The notes under the pieces are model-generated. The model did no database searches. It was not told where the DNA came from and worked only from the letters and a program-made list of their open reading frames with translations. Below, piece by piece: positions 35,134-45,900 of a DNA stretch of 53,775 nucleotides. The translations under genes were made by a program, and so were the position numbers. Source of the stretch: a virus. Lineage: Duplodnaviria; Caudoviricetes. Within the stretch, counting starts at the first letter, position 1. Each line of letters begins with the position of its first letter. The stretch spans positions 1 through 53,775 of IMG/VR virus record IMGVR_UViG_3300024975_000025. One strand, 5' to 3'.

Positions 35134-35403
35134 ATGGAAATCAAGACTATGCGGGTGAAGCCGTGGGGCGTTGAGCAAGGCGACTTCGTCGTCATCAACG
35201 AAGCCGACTTCAACCCCGAGCTGCATGCGCCTCTCGACGCCGCCAACGCGCCAACCGGCAAGTCCGCAGACGCCAACGGCGACGGCAAGGTCACCGCGGC
35301 TGAACTGAAGGCCGCCCTGGACGCAAAGGGCATCAGCTACCGCGGCAACGCCTCGAAGGCTGAGCTGCAAGGCCTGCTCGACGCCGCCAACACGCCCACC
35401 TGA
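35134..35403 (+). CDS. HeH/LEM-like small protein with an EF-hand loop
   Basis: DANGDGKVTAAE then LKAALDAKGISY...KAEL. Confidence 0.7.
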   Translation: MEIKTMRVKPWGVEQGDFVVINEADFNPELHAPLDAANAPTGKSADANGDGKVTAAELKAALDAKGISYRGNASKAELQGLLDAANTPT

Positions 35404-35414
35404 GGCAACCCACC

Positions 35415-35822
35415 ATGGCAAACAAAGTCCTCCCGAAGGCGCGCGAGCGCATGCTGGCTGGCGGTCTCAACCTGCTGGCCGGCACGGTCAAGGCGCAGCT
35501 GATCGACACGGCTGCGTACACCTACAGCGATGCCCACCAGTTCCTGAGCGACATCCCGAGCGCGGCTCGCATCGGTGCGCCGGTCACGCTGGCGAACAAG
35601 TCCATCACGAACGGTGTGTTCGATGCCGATGACCTGGCGTTCTCTGGCCTGACCAGTGCGCCCACCATCGAGGCGCTGGCGTACTACGTGGACACGGGAG
35701 CCGAGGCGACCTCGCCATTCTTCCTGTTCACCGACACAGCCACGGGTCTGCCCATTCCTGCCGGCGCCACCGGTGGCACGGTGACGCACGACAACGGCGC
35801 GAACAAGATCTTCGCGGTCTGA
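35415..35822 (+). CDS. Virion structural protein
   Basis: LANKSITNGVFDADD...NKIF pattern of phage fibre-associated proteins. Confidence 0.65.
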   Translation: MANKVLPKARERMLAGGLNLLAGTVKAQLIDTAAYTYSDAHQFLSDIPSAARIGAPVTLANKSITNGVFDADDLAFSGLTSAPTIEALAYYVDTGAEATSPFFLFTDTATGLPIPAGATGGTVTHDNGANKIFAV

Positions 35823-36913
35823 TGCCGACACCTCGCGCGGACAACTACAGCGCCGCCAGCGGGGCGGGTATCTACGCGGGGATGCCTGCGCCTGCGGGTC
35901 TCCCTGCGTGGCTGTCGGGCAAGCCTCTAAACCAGTGGTTTCAGATATCCGGGACCACTGGCCCTGGGGCCGGTCTGAACACGAACGCGTATTGCGATCT
36001 GGCAATCAACGCGGCCGACGGATCGCTCTATGCCCTCGCGTCAGGCGGTCACACGGACGGGGCCAGCAACGCGGCAGCAGTGCTCAAGCTAGCGGACGAT
36101 GCCCCGGTTTGGTCCACGCTGAAGACGAGCAGTTGGAACGGCGTTGACATCACCGTCCCGTACTACTCGGACGGCACACCCTGCGCGCGCCACACGTACC
36201 ACCACACGTTCTACATCGATGATGTCGGAACGGGCTCACCTGGCGTTCTGTTGGCTGGCCTTCGGTACGGGTACGGCGACAACCCAAGTGGTCAGGGCAT
36301 GGACCTCTTCTCGCTGGGGGCCACGAAAGCGTATCTCCCGCGATTCACATGGCCGGACACGCCTGCACTCGGACACCTCGGCGTCGTGCAAGACGGCGGC
36401 AAGAACATCTGGACGCAGACGGGCTACAAGTTCAACTTGGCCACGAAGACGTGGAGCAAGCCCGGGTCTGGGGCCTTGCTGCGCTATCCGGCCTGCTACG
36501 ACTCGGCGCGAGACAAGATTTTCGCGCTGCAGTTTGCCGATGGCGAAGGTTTCGGTACGGCCCAGGTCAATGCTGTCGAACTCGACCCGGCTACCGGGAA
36601 CAGCAAGAACATCACGTTCAACGCCAGTGCTGCGCTGACTCAGTACATCGCAGACGCTCCGCAGTACGCAGCAATGGCCTACTGCCAGCTCGACGGGAAG
36701 TTCTACTTCCTGCACGCGGGCCGCATGGGCACGTTCTACGTTGTGACGCCGAACAGCTCCAGCGTCTGGGACATCGCGACGTGGACCCCTTCGGGCTCTG
36801 CGCCTTCCAGCTCCGGCGTGCTGTGCAAGCGGATGCTCTACGTGCCGACCCTTAAAGGCATGGTTGTGCAATCCAACCAGACCGCAAACCTCAGCTTCGT
36901 GAGGATGGCATGA
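35822..36913 (+). CDS. Beta-propeller-like putative virion appendage protein
   Basis: SGGHTD, ARHTY, YDSARDKIF and other blade-like repeats. Confidence 0.6.
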   Translation: MPTPRADNYSAASGAGIYAGMPAPAGLPAWLSGKPLNQWFQISGTTGPGAGLNTNAYCDLAINAADGSLYALASGGHTDGASNAAAVLKLADDAPVWSTLKTSSWNGVDITVPYYSDGTPCARHTYHHTFYIDDVGTGSPGVLLAGLRYGYGDNPSGQGMDLFSLGATKAYLPRFTWPDTPALGHLGVVQDGGKNIWTQTGYKFNLATKTWSKPGSGALLRYPACYDSARDKIFALQFADGEGFGTAQVNAVELDPATGNSKNITFNASAALTQYIADAPQYAAMAYCQLDGKFYFLHAGRMGTFYVVTPNSSSVWDIATWTPSGSAPSSSGVLCKRMLYVPTLKGMVVQSNQTANLSFVRMA

Positions 36914-38472
36914 CAATCAAACTTGCTGGCGCTGGCACGGACGGCCTGGAGTTCTCCGGGAGCCTGATCACGGCGTTCCCGTTCACCCTGGTGATCTACA
37001 TCGCCAGCCCGAAAAGCAACTCCATCAACGCTGCCATCACCCTTGGCAGCACGACGAAGAACAGCTACGCCCATGCCTCGTTCGACTGGGGCAACGAGAA
37101 GCGCGCGGGCTACACATCGCCGACCGTTGGCGGCATGGTGGCGACCAAGAACACGGCGCCGGACATCAACAACACGACGCTGGTTCCGCTTGTTGCCGTC
37201 TTCACGTCGAACAACTCTCGGACGATCTACTTCGGCAGCAACGTGGGCGTCACGGACACGGGCTCGAACACCAATGTCCTGGCCGACATGGACAGGCTGG
37301 GCATCGGCTGCCTTCGCGCGAACGGTACGCTGACGTGGAACATGGCCGGGCAGGTGGCTGAGGCCCACCTGTTTGCAGGCGTTGCGTTCACGTCGTCGGA
37401 CGTCCAGACGCTGGTGAACGCGGTCACTTTGCCCGAGACGATGACGGGCTGGCTGGATGGCTGGCCCTTGAAGGACCACCAGCCTAGCGGCAACTACCCA
37501 TCCATCACCGGCACGCGGACTCTGGTTGCGCTTGGCGGCGTGAGTGCTGGCACGCTGCCGCACCCCATCAGCCGCACCACAGCCGGCCCGAACATCACCA
37601 CCCAGCCGAGCAACGCTACGGTGACTACGCCTGCCACGGCAACGTTCACCGTCGCTGCTTCTGCCACTGGCGGCGGCACGCTGTCCTACCAGTGGCAGCG
37701 CTCGACGAACAGCGGCGGAAGCTGGGCCAACGTCAGCGCCGGCAGCGGTGGAACGTCTACGGCCTACACCACGCCGGCAACGACCGTCACTGGCGGCAAC
37801 GCGAACAACGCAGATCAATTCCGGTGCGTGGTCACTGAAACCGGCGGCACCAATGCCGGCGCGGTGAACTCCAGCGCGGCCATCCTGACGGTGAACGCGG
37901 CTGCCACCGGGCCGACGATCAACACGCAGCCCAGCAATGCCACCGTCACGTCGCCGGCCACCGCGACATTCACGGTCGTGGCCACCACGAGCGGCGGCGC
38001 GCTCAGCTACCAATGGCAGCGCAACGGCTCCAACATCGGCAGCGCGAACGCGGCCAGCTACACGACGCCCGCCACGACGGTGACGGGCGGTTCTGCGAAC
38101 AGCGGCGACCTGTATCGTTGCGTGGTCACGGACAGCAACGGCAGCACGACTTCCAGCGCGGCGACGCTGACCGTGAACCCCGCGCCTGGCACTCTCAACT
38201 TCCAAGCTGCAGGCATGGAGTTCGGCCGTCGCACCGGCCTGGCAGTCAGCACCTTCGCGCTCGATACGGCGTCGAATTACCGCTACACGGTCCACGCCGA
38301 TGCGCTGGTGCTGGGGTCGGCCATCTACACGTCGGCCGCTGTGGCGACTGACAGCAACGGCAAGCTGCCGAACATCAGCAACGCGGCGTTCGCGACGGGC
38401 ACGACGTACCGCGTGGTGGCCGTGCGCCAGGCTGACGGCGAGGCCGCTACCTTCAGGATGGTGGCGGCATGA
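36910..38472 (+). CDS. LamG/ConA-like domain plus two Ig-like domains
   Basis: Two P.I.TQPSNATVT.PATATFTV.A...LSYQWQR...RCVVT repeats. Confidence 0.8.
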   Translation: MTIKLAGAGTDGLEFSGSLITAFPFTLVIYIASPKSNSINAAITLGSTTKNSYAHASFDWGNEKRAGYTSPTVGGMVATKNTAPDINNTTLVPLVAVFTSNNSRTIYFGSNVGVTDTGSNTNVLADMDRLGIGCLRANGTLTWNMAGQVAEAHLFAGVAFTSSDVQTLVNAVTLPETMTGWLDGWPLKDHQPSGNYPSITGTRTLVALGGVSAGTLPHPISRTTAGPNITTQPSNATVTTPATATFTVAASATGGGTLSYQWQRSTNSGGSWANVSAGSGGTSTAYTTPATTVTGGNANNADQFRCVVTETGGTNAGAVNSSAAILTVNAAATGPTINTQPSNATVTSPATATFTVVATTSGGALSYQWQRNGSNIGSANAASYTTPATTVTGGSANSGDLYRCVVTDSNGSTTSSAATLTVNPAPGTLNFQAAGMEFGRRTGLAVSTFALDTASNYRYTVHADALVLGSAIYTSAAVATDSNGKLPNISNAAFATGTTYRVVAVRQADGEAATFRMVAA

Positions 38473-39605
38473 TCGTCGTTGGCGGCTGGCCTGGTCGAAA
38501 CGTCGTCGGGCTGAATGGCGCGTTCGGCGTTCGCCCTGCGGCGTTCAGCACTGGCGGCGGGAATCCGAACCCCCTCGCCAACGACGTTGATGCCGGCGAC
38601 TCCACCACGGAATTCGTTCTGGCGGTCACTGGGCTGCCGGCATCCGGTGTCGTCACGCTGGACGACTACGGCGGCTTCAGCCACGCGGGCGCGGCTGATG
38701 GGACCTACACCACATCGGCGACGCTCTACACATGGGCGCAGGGCGGGCCAATCACACAGCACGCCGCCACGGAGTCGATCGTCACCACGTTCGGCAGTTC
38801 AGCGCCGTTCGCCCTCTCGCTGGCCGGCCTTGCAAGCACGCTGGCCATCGGCGCGCCAACGTTCACCTTCTCCTCGCCGGTGAACTTCGCCGTGTCTCTC
38901 GCCGGGCTGGCAAGCACCGCAGCCATTGGTGCTCCTACCGTCACTCGCATTGCCGACTTCTCGGTTTCCATTGGCGGTCTTGCCAGCACCATGGCGCTCG
39001 GGTCTCCGGCGTTCGACTTCAGCGCTCCAGCAACCTTCAGCGTTTCGCTATCGGGGCTCGCATCTGGACTCCGAATCGGCGCGCCGACGGCTACATTCGA
39101 ATGGGACGGATCTATGCTGATCGTTGAAGACGGCACGGGCCTCCCTGATGCTGAGTCCTATGCCAGAGTGGCCGAAGCGGACGCGTACCACGCTGCGCGC
39201 GGTGGCGTTGCCTGGGCTGCGCTCAACGTGACCGACAAGGAAATCAAGCTGCGCCTGGCCACCGACTACATGCGGCAGCGCTTCGGCGGGCGGTGGAAGG
39301 GCTACCGACTCACCGAGGTCCAGGCGCTTGACTGGCCTCGCTATGGCGTCGTCGCCGATCGCGTGGCGCTGGCCTCGGATTCGGTTCCGATCCAGGTCCG
39401 CCGCGCGTGCTGCGAGCTCGCGCTCAAGGCCGTCACGCAGGCCCTGACGGTTGACGAGGCGGCGCAGGTCAAGAGTAAGCAGGTCGGGCCGATCTCGGTC
39501 TCTTACGCCGATGGAGCGCGCCAGAACATGCGGTTCGCAGCCGTCGAGAACATGCTGTCGCAGCTGCTTTCCAGCGGGTCCGGCATCAAGCTGGTTCGGG
39601 CCTGA
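38469..39605 (+). CDS. Head-tail adaptor (DnaT-like family) fused to an N-terminal repeat region
   Basis: Four F.VSL.GLAS...IGAP-like repeats, then MLIVEDGTGLPDAESY...QALDWPR from 39114. Confidence 0.75.
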   Translation: MIVVGGWPGRNVVGLNGAFGVRPAAFSTGGGNPNPLANDVDAGDSTTEFVLAVTGLPASGVVTLDDYGGFSHAGAADGTYTTSATLYTWAQGGPITQHAATESIVTTFGSSAPFALSLAGLASTLAIGAPTFTFSSPVNFAVSLAGLASTAAIGAPTVTRIADFSVSIGGLASTMALGSPAFDFSAPATFSVSLSGLASGLRIGAPTATFEWDGSMLIVEDGTGLPDAESYARVAEADAYHAARGGVAWAALNVTDKEIKLRLATDYMRQRFGGRWKGYRLTEVQALDWPRYGVVADRVALASDSVPIQVRRACCELALKAVTQALTVDEAAQVKSKQVGPISVSYADGARQNMRFAAVENMLSQLLSSGSGIKLVRA

Positions 39606-39970
39606 TGTCAGGCTTCTACGATGACATGGCCGCTACGGCGGCCGAGATGCTCGCCGAGTTCGGGCGGCCGGTCACGGTGACGCGCGAGACGCCCGGTGGC
39701 TACGACCCTTCCACCGGCACAACGACATCCGGCACCGTCCAGACCTGGGAACCCGCAGGCGTCAAGCTGGACTACACCCAGCGCGAGATTGACGGCACGT
39801 TGATCAAGTCCGGCGACCAACGCGTCTACATGAGCGCCGAGGCCGGGCTCGACCCGCAGACCGGCGACGCCGTGACGCTGGGCTCCGAGGTGTGGCGCGT
39901 CGTCACCTCCCGCACGCTGGCTCCGGCCGGCATCGCTGTCCTTCTCGACGTGCAGGTCCGCCGTGGGTAG
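39605..39970 (+). CDS. Head closure protein
   Basis: FGRPVT...GGYDP.TG...IDGTLI..GD; synteny. Confidence 0.75.
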   Translation: MSGFYDDMAATAAEMLAEFGRPVTVTRETPGGYDPSTGTTTSGTVQTWEPAGVKLDYTQREIDGTLIKSGDQRVYMSAEAGLDPQTGDAVTLGSEVWRVVTSRTLAPAGIAVLLDVQVRRG

Positions 39971-40361
39971 CTTCGCAGACCAGCTCCAGGCTTTCGCCGA
40001 CAAGACGAAGGTCAAGATGGAGACCGTCGTGAGAAAGGCCGCTCTGGACCTGCAGGGCGGCGTCGTGCTGCGCTCTCCAGTGGACACCGGCCGCTTTGTG
40101 TCGAACTGGATGGTCGGCATTGGCACCCAGAACCGAGACACGGTGGCCGCCGAGGACAAGACAGGGGGCGTTTCGCTCGCGCGCGTTGAGCCGGCGCTCG
40201 CGAACTGGGAGCCCGGGCAGGCAATCATCCTGAGCAACTCGCTGCCGTATGCGTATCGCCTTGAGTACGGCTGGTCGAAGCAGGCGGTTGGAGGGATGGT
40301 CAGGTTGACGGTCCAGGACTGGCGCGACTACGTGTCCAAGGCCGTCGCGGAGACGAAATGA
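39963..40361 (+). CDS. Neck protein (HK97 gp10-like)
   Basis: SPVDTGRF..NW...N.LPYA.RLEYGWSKQA. Confidence 0.85.
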   Translation: MGSFADQLQAFADKTKVKMETVVRKAALDLQGGVVLRSPVDTGRFVSNWMVGIGTQNRDTVAAEDKTGGVSLARVEPALANWEPGQAIILSNSLPYAYRLEYGWSKQAVGGMVRLTVQDWRDYVSKAVAETK

Positions 40362-40759
40362 GCATCACGACGATCTGCGCCTTGCTCGAGCAGCAGCTGC
40401 AGGCCCTGAACCCGCAGCTGCCCACCGCATTCGAGAACGTCGAGTTCACACCGCAGGCCACGACCTACCAGCGGGTGAACCACCTCATCAACACGCCGCG
40501 CGACCTGGCCGTCACGCTGGACATCCTGGAGTGGCGCGGCATCTTTCAGGTGATGGTCTGCGCGCCGCTCGGCAAGGGCCGCGGCGAAGCGCAAGCCCGC
40601 GCCCAGGCCATCGCCGACCACTTCGAGCCACCGCAAAACATCAGCGGTTCCGGCGTTCGCATTGACCTCCTGAAGACACCCGCCATCGCATCCGGCTTCA
40701 AGTCCGACGACCGCTGGTGCGTCCCCGTCTCCATCAGCTGGAGCGCGTTCAAGACATGA
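40358..40759 (+). CDS. Tail terminator (DUF4128-like)
   Basis: AFENVEFTP...GIFQV...P.GKG. Confidence 0.8.
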   Translation: MSITTICALLEQQLQALNPQLPTAFENVEFTPQATTYQRVNHLINTPRDLAVTLDILEWRGIFQVMVCAPLGKGRGEAQARAQAIADHFEPPQNISGSGVRIDLLKTPAIASGFKSDDRWCVPVSISWSAFKT

Positions 40760-40860
40760 CCCCATCCACCATCGAACTGCACACGACGCTGATCCGCATG
40801 CTCAAGGGCTGCATCAGCGCCTGGGAGCGCTGGCTCGACCAGCAGCGCACCAAGCAGTAG
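40756..40860 (+). CDS. 34-aa peptide MTPSTIELHTTLIRMLKGCISAWERWLDQQRTKQ
   Basis: ATGA-coupled to the tail terminator; amphipathic helix. Confidence 0.6.
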   Translation: MTPSTIELHTTLIRMLKGCISAWERWLDQQRTKQ

Positions 40861-40972
40861 ACACCACTCACCCTGCCTCGCAGGCCTGCCTCTCCCGCCA
40901 GGGACTCGCAGCCATGACGCCTCGCAGAAATCGGCCCCGACAGGGGCTCTTTTCATCGCGAAAGGCCCACCC

Positions 40973-41620
40973 ATGGCTCAAGTACCCACCGGCACGCTGT
41001 TCTTCATCGCGTCCGCCTACGCCACCTCCAAGAACACCACCATCGTCACCAATGCAAGCGAGGCCGTCGTTACGTGTGCCGGGCACGGCTACAGCAATGG
41101 CGACATCGTCGAGGTCACGTCCGGCTGGGGCCGGCTGAACCTGCGTGTGTTCCGCATCAAGTCCGTGGCCACCGACACCTTCGTCCTGGAGGGCGCGGAC
41201 ACGACCAGCACGAACTACTTCCCGGCCGGCAATGGCATCGGGTCTGTTCGCAAGATCAGCACCTTCCAGCAGATCACCGGCGTCATGAGCCCGTCCTCCA
41301 GCGGCGGCGACCCGAAGACGGTGAACTACAAGTTCGTCGAGTCCGACGTCGAGTACTCCATCAATGACGGCTTCGCCGCCACGGGCTACTCGATGAACAT
41401 CGACGCCGACCAGATCGGCAGCGCGGGCTACACGGCTCTGCGCACGCTGACCGACGTGCAGACGAACACCTGCTTGAAGATGCAGACGCGCTCCGGCTCG
41501 CTGATCTTCCAGCCCTGCACGGTGGCGCTGAACGAGGCCGTGCAGCTGCAAGACGGCCAGATCAACGTGGTGAAGGTCGCCTTCAACGGCAACAACCGCC
41601 TGACGCGCTACGCCTCCTGA
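40973..41620 (+). CDS. Major tail tube protein
   Basis: VTNASEAV...SGWGRLN.RVFR...FPAG.GIGS. Confidence 0.85.
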   Translation: MAQVPTGTLFFIASAYATSKNTTIVTNASEAVVTCAGHGYSNGDIVEVTSGWGRLNLRVFRIKSVATDTFVLEGADTTSTNYFPAGNGIGSVRKISTFQQITGVMSPSSSGGDPKTVNYKFVESDVEYSINDGFAATGYSMNIDADQIGSAGYTALRTLTDVQTNTCLKMQTRSGSLIFQPCTVALNEAVQLQDGQINVVKVAFNGNNRLTRYAS

Positions 41621-41729
41621 TCCCCGGGCCTGATGGCCCACCCCTAGCACCGACCCGGCTGGGTTCTTCCATTCGCGTGGAAGGCCCGGCTGGGCACGGG
41701 CATTTCATCTCCACGCGAAAGACCACTCC

Positions 41730-42041
41730 ATGGCAAAGATCAAGCTCACCGCATCCCCGACCTTCAAGGCAAAGGTCAGCATCCCCATCCCTGGCAACCG
41801 GCCCGCTGATGTCGAGTTCGTCTTCAAGGGGCGCACGAAGGAAGCCTTCAAGGATTTCATCGACAACATCAGGGACCGCAAGGACCTTGAAGTGATCATG
41901 GACTGCGTTACCGGCTGGGAACTTGATGACCCGTTCGGCGTTGATACGGTGGAGCAGTTGATCAACAACTACATCGGCGCTTCCGCATCCATCATCGAGA
42001 CCTACATCAAGGAGCTGACTGCCGCACGCTTGGGAAACTAG
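41730..42041 (+). CDS. Tail assembly chaperone (G-like)
   Basis: PTFKAKV.IP...ARLGN; ends in a G GGA AAC slippery site (42032-42038). Confidence 0.85.
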   Translation: MAKIKLTASPTFKAKVSIPIPGNRPADVEFVFKGRTKEAFKDFIDNIRDRKDLEVIMDCVTGWELDDPFGVDTVEQLINNYIGASASIIETYIKELTAARLGN

Positions 42042-42343
42042 AGGCGGCCGCCTCGGCAATCTACGAACCGCCCCCAGAGGTCGCCGAGGGATTCGCGGCC
42101 GAGGACTACGAAGTCGAGCCGGTGGAGCTTTGGGAAGAGAACGTCCAGTCCTTCAACTTCTTCGCTGATGTATGCGCCACCCAATGGCGGGTCGGCATGA
42201 GCGGATACACGGGGTTGGACTACACGGCCGTTCTTGCGTGCATACGTCAACTTCGACTGCCGCGCAATCAGGCGGAGATCATGTTCGATGACGTGCGCTT
42301 GATGGAACGCGCTGCCCTGAAGGCGATGAACAAGAAGACCTAG
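42032..42343 (+). CDS. -1 frameshift extension (GT-like, DUF1799-like)
   Basis: Open -1 frame from the slippery heptamer; TQWRVGMSG.TGLDY. Confidence 0.8.
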   Translation, partial: GKLEAAASAIYEPPPEVAEGFAAEDYEVEPVELWEENVQSFNFFADVCATQWRVGMSGYTGLDYTAVLACIRQLRLPRNQAEIMFDDVRLMERAALKAMNKKT

Positions 42344-42409
42344 CCGGCGCAGACCGGCGCCCCAACCAGCCCGCCGCGCGCGGGCTTTGTCGTTTCCGAA
42401 AGGCAAATC

Positions 42410-42925
42410 ATGGAATCCATTACCGACCTGACCGTGTTCATCGCCAAGCAGGGGGATGAACTGGTCACTGACTCACGGGCCGTCGCTATCGCGTTCGGCA
42501 AGCGGCACGCGGACGTGCTCCGCAGCATCGAACGAATGGCCCGCTCAGTGGAGCCTGTGGTGTTCGATCACTACCGGCGCAATTTTGCGCTCGTTGACTA
42601 CGCCGACAACAAAGGCCAGAAGCGCCCCATGTACCGCATGACTGCCGACGGCCTATCCGAGCTGGCCATGAGCTTCACTGGTGACAAGGCCCGTGTCGTG
42701 CGCATTCGCTTCATCGCAGCTTTCCGCGAGGTGTCGCGCCGACTGGAAGCCGCAGAGCGCTCCATCCTGGATCTGCTGCACCAGCATGACCGCCGCGCCG
42801 CCGTCTCCGAGACCAAGGGCCGCATCGGCTCAAAGCTGATGAATGAGCGCCGCAAGGAAAAGCCGCTGCTGGCTGATGAGTTCGGCCGCCTGGCCGGCCT
42901 GGCTCAGCCCTCGCTCCTGAACTGA
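42410..42925 (+). CDS. rha: Rha family regulator
   Basis: TDSRAVAIAFGKRHADVLRSI...RPMYRMT.DG...MSFTG.KA...FI.AF; hairpins on both sides. Confidence 0.88.
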   Translation: MESITDLTVFIAKQGDELVTDSRAVAIAFGKRHADVLRSIERMARSVEPVVFDHYRRNFALVDYADNKGQKRPMYRMTADGLSELAMSFTGDKARVVRIRFIAAFREVSRRLEAAERSILDLLHQHDRRAAVSETKGRIGSKLMNERRKEKPLLADEFGRLAGLAQPSLLN

Positions 42926-42982
42926 TTCCACGTTGCCTTTCGTGGCGCCCGCTTCGGCGGGCTTTTTTATGTCTGGACTCCT

Positions 42983-45900
42983 ATGGCCGATGAAATCGCT
43001 GGCGTAGGCATACGCATTGACACGGATGACGTGTCCAAGGGGATCACATCCCTTGAAGCGTTCGCCTCCCAAGGCCCGAAGGTCGAGAAGTCGCTGCAAG
43101 GCGTCGAGACGTCTGCTTCTAAGACGGGGAAGACGCTCGCCTCGCTGGGCGGTGGCGGTGGGTCTGGCGCAGAAGCCGCGCTCAACAAGGTCGCCAAGGC
43201 AAGTGCCGAGGCCTCAAAGGGAGTTGAGAAGATCGGCGTGAGTGCCGGGCAGACCGCTCAAGCGCTGCGCCAGCTGCCTGCCCAGGTGCAGGACTTCCTG
43301 ATCCAGCTTCAGGGCGGACAGAGCTTCCTGACGGCATTCTCGCAGCAGGGTTCGCAGATCGCGACGTCGTTCGGAGGTGTTGGAAATGCCGTTCGGTCTG
43401 TGGGTGCTCTCATCTCTCCATTGGCGGCCGGCATCGCGTCCCTCGCTGCCGCAGGAGGAGTGCTTGCGCTAGCCTACAACCAAGGTGCAAACGAAGCGCA
43501 AGCGTTCGGCCGCGCGCTGATCCTGAGTGGGAATGCTGTCGGATCGACTTCCGCGCAGCTCACCGAAATGGCGCGCGCGCAGTCGCTGGTAATCGGCACT
43601 CAAGGCCAGGCCGCTGAGGCTCTGGCGAAGCTTGCATCAACAGGACAGGTTGCGGCTGCCAGCCTGCAAGCGGCCGCCGAGGCGAGCGTGCGGTTCGCGC
43701 GGGTCGGCGGAGACATTGACGATCTCGTCAAGAAGTTCTCAGCCATCGGGAAAGACCCGCTCAAGGCGGTCATTGCCATCAATGAGGCGGAGAACTTCCT
43801 CACTGAGTCTGTCTACAAGCAGGTCAAGGCGCTGACGGAACGCGGGCAAATACTTGAGGCGGCTACCGTTGCTCAGCAGGCCTATGCCGCCGCAGTGAAC
43901 GGCCGCTCGCAGCAACTTGAGCAGAACCTGGGAGCAATCGAGCGCGCATGGATGAACATCAAGGATGCTGCGAAGCTGGCGTGGGATGCGATGCTGGACA
44001 TCGGACGCCAGCAAACGACAGCCAACCTTGATCGAGAGATTGCGCTTCTCCAGCGCCGGCAGCAGATCCTGTCTACTGGCAATGCCGCCCAGAAGACAGA
44101 AGCGGTCCTCATAGGAGAGCGTGTCGCAGCCCTTCAGAAGCAGCGCGCCGAACTTGCAGAGATCGAGCGCGAGCAAAGGCGCTATGCCGACAGGCAGGCA
44201 GAGTCCGCCCGCACCGTCAAAGCGTCAATCCAGGCCGACGAGGACAAGAAGAAGGCCATCAAGAGCCTGGCTGACGAGTTCGCTGCGCAGCGAGACGCTG
44301 CCAAGGTCTGGGCAGATTCATTCCTCGACTTCACAAAGATCCAACGCGAGGCCGAGGCCTCGACGCTCGGTCTTTCAAAGGGGCAAGCTCGCCTGCTTGA
44401 GTACCTGCAGAGCACCGGCTATTCCAACGCCAGCGAAGAGATGCGCCAACTGGCGCTGAACCAGGCCTATGGAGCGATCGCGGCAGAGAAGGCGGCTGAA
44501 GCGCAGAAAGAGCTGTCCAAGGCCCATGACGACTACATCAAGAGTCTGACCCAGTCTGCAGATTCCGTCCTCAAGCAGGTTCAAGCACTGGAGGATGAGG
44601 CTGATGCCGCAGCTATCGCTGCCACTGGCGAACTCAGCTTGGCGCAAGCCATCCACCAAGTTGCAATCGCCCGCCTTCTCGATCAGAAGAACGCGGCAGG
44701 CGACGACGACAAGGCTATTGCTGCGATCGAGCGAGAGATTGAGGGACGGCAAAGGCTGATCTCCCTCATTGGCGGCCAGGAGATGCGCAAGGCTGCCGAA
44801 GAGGCCAGCAAGGAGCTGGACAGGTTCCTTGATCCCACCCATGCAGATAGCTTCGGTGAGGCGCTCACCCGGGCTTTTGATGGGGCAGGTAATGCCCTCG
44901 CGAAACTCAGCAACAGCCTGCAGTCCTACGCCCAGCAGCAGAAGCGGCTGAGCGAGACGCAAGCGAACATCGACGTTGAGAGCAACCCAGCGAAGAAGCT
45001 GCGCGCGCAGCTGAAGCTCAACGAAGAGTCGCAGCGAGCCAGCCTAAATTTGTATGCCGGTATGGCTGGTGCGGCCAAGGGGTTCTTCAACGAAGGAACC
45101 CGCGGCTACAAGGCCCTGGAAGCCGCCGAGACTGCGTTCCGTCTGGTGCAGCTGGCCAGCGATCTGCAGAAGGGCCTCAGCGCCGCCGCGGTCGGCATTG
45201 CGACGCAGGCCCAGGGCGAACCCTACTCTGCCTGGGCTCGAATGGCCGCGATGGCTGCCGCGATGGCGGGGCTCGGGTTTGCTGTGACTGGCGGATTCGG
45301 CGGTGGCCCCACTTCTGGCGGCGACGGCGGCAAGCAGGCCACTGGAACCGGGACCGTCCTCGGCGATGCCGCAGCCAAGAGCGAGTCGATCTCCAAGTCC
45401 ATCGACCGCCTGGCCGAGACGTCCAAGCTGCAGCTCACGACCCAAAGCGGGATGCTCGCGGCGCTGCGGAACATAGAGAACAGCATCTCAGGCGTTGCTG
45501 GACTGATTGTTCGGTCGAACTCAGGCGATCTGACCTCCGGGAACAGCTTCGGCATCTCTACTGGGACCAAGGTCAGCAACCTGATTGCCAACCCGTCGAC
45601 TGGTGGTGGCGTATTCGGCGGGCTTGGCTATGTCGCTGACAAGTTGCTCACCGGCGGCAAGCTCACGGCCGCACTGTTCGGCAACAAGACATCAATCACC
45701 GGCACCGGCCTGAGCCTGCCACAGCAGACGCTGGCCCAGGCCATGGTGAACAGTCAGCTCCAGCAGTACGTCGACACCTACACGAGCAAGAAGTTCCTTG
45801 GCATCACGTACAGCACCTCGTCCGGCTCGCAGTACCAGGCCGCTGACGCGCAGCTCGCGCAGCAGTTCACGACGATCTTCAAGAGCTTCTATGACGGCGT

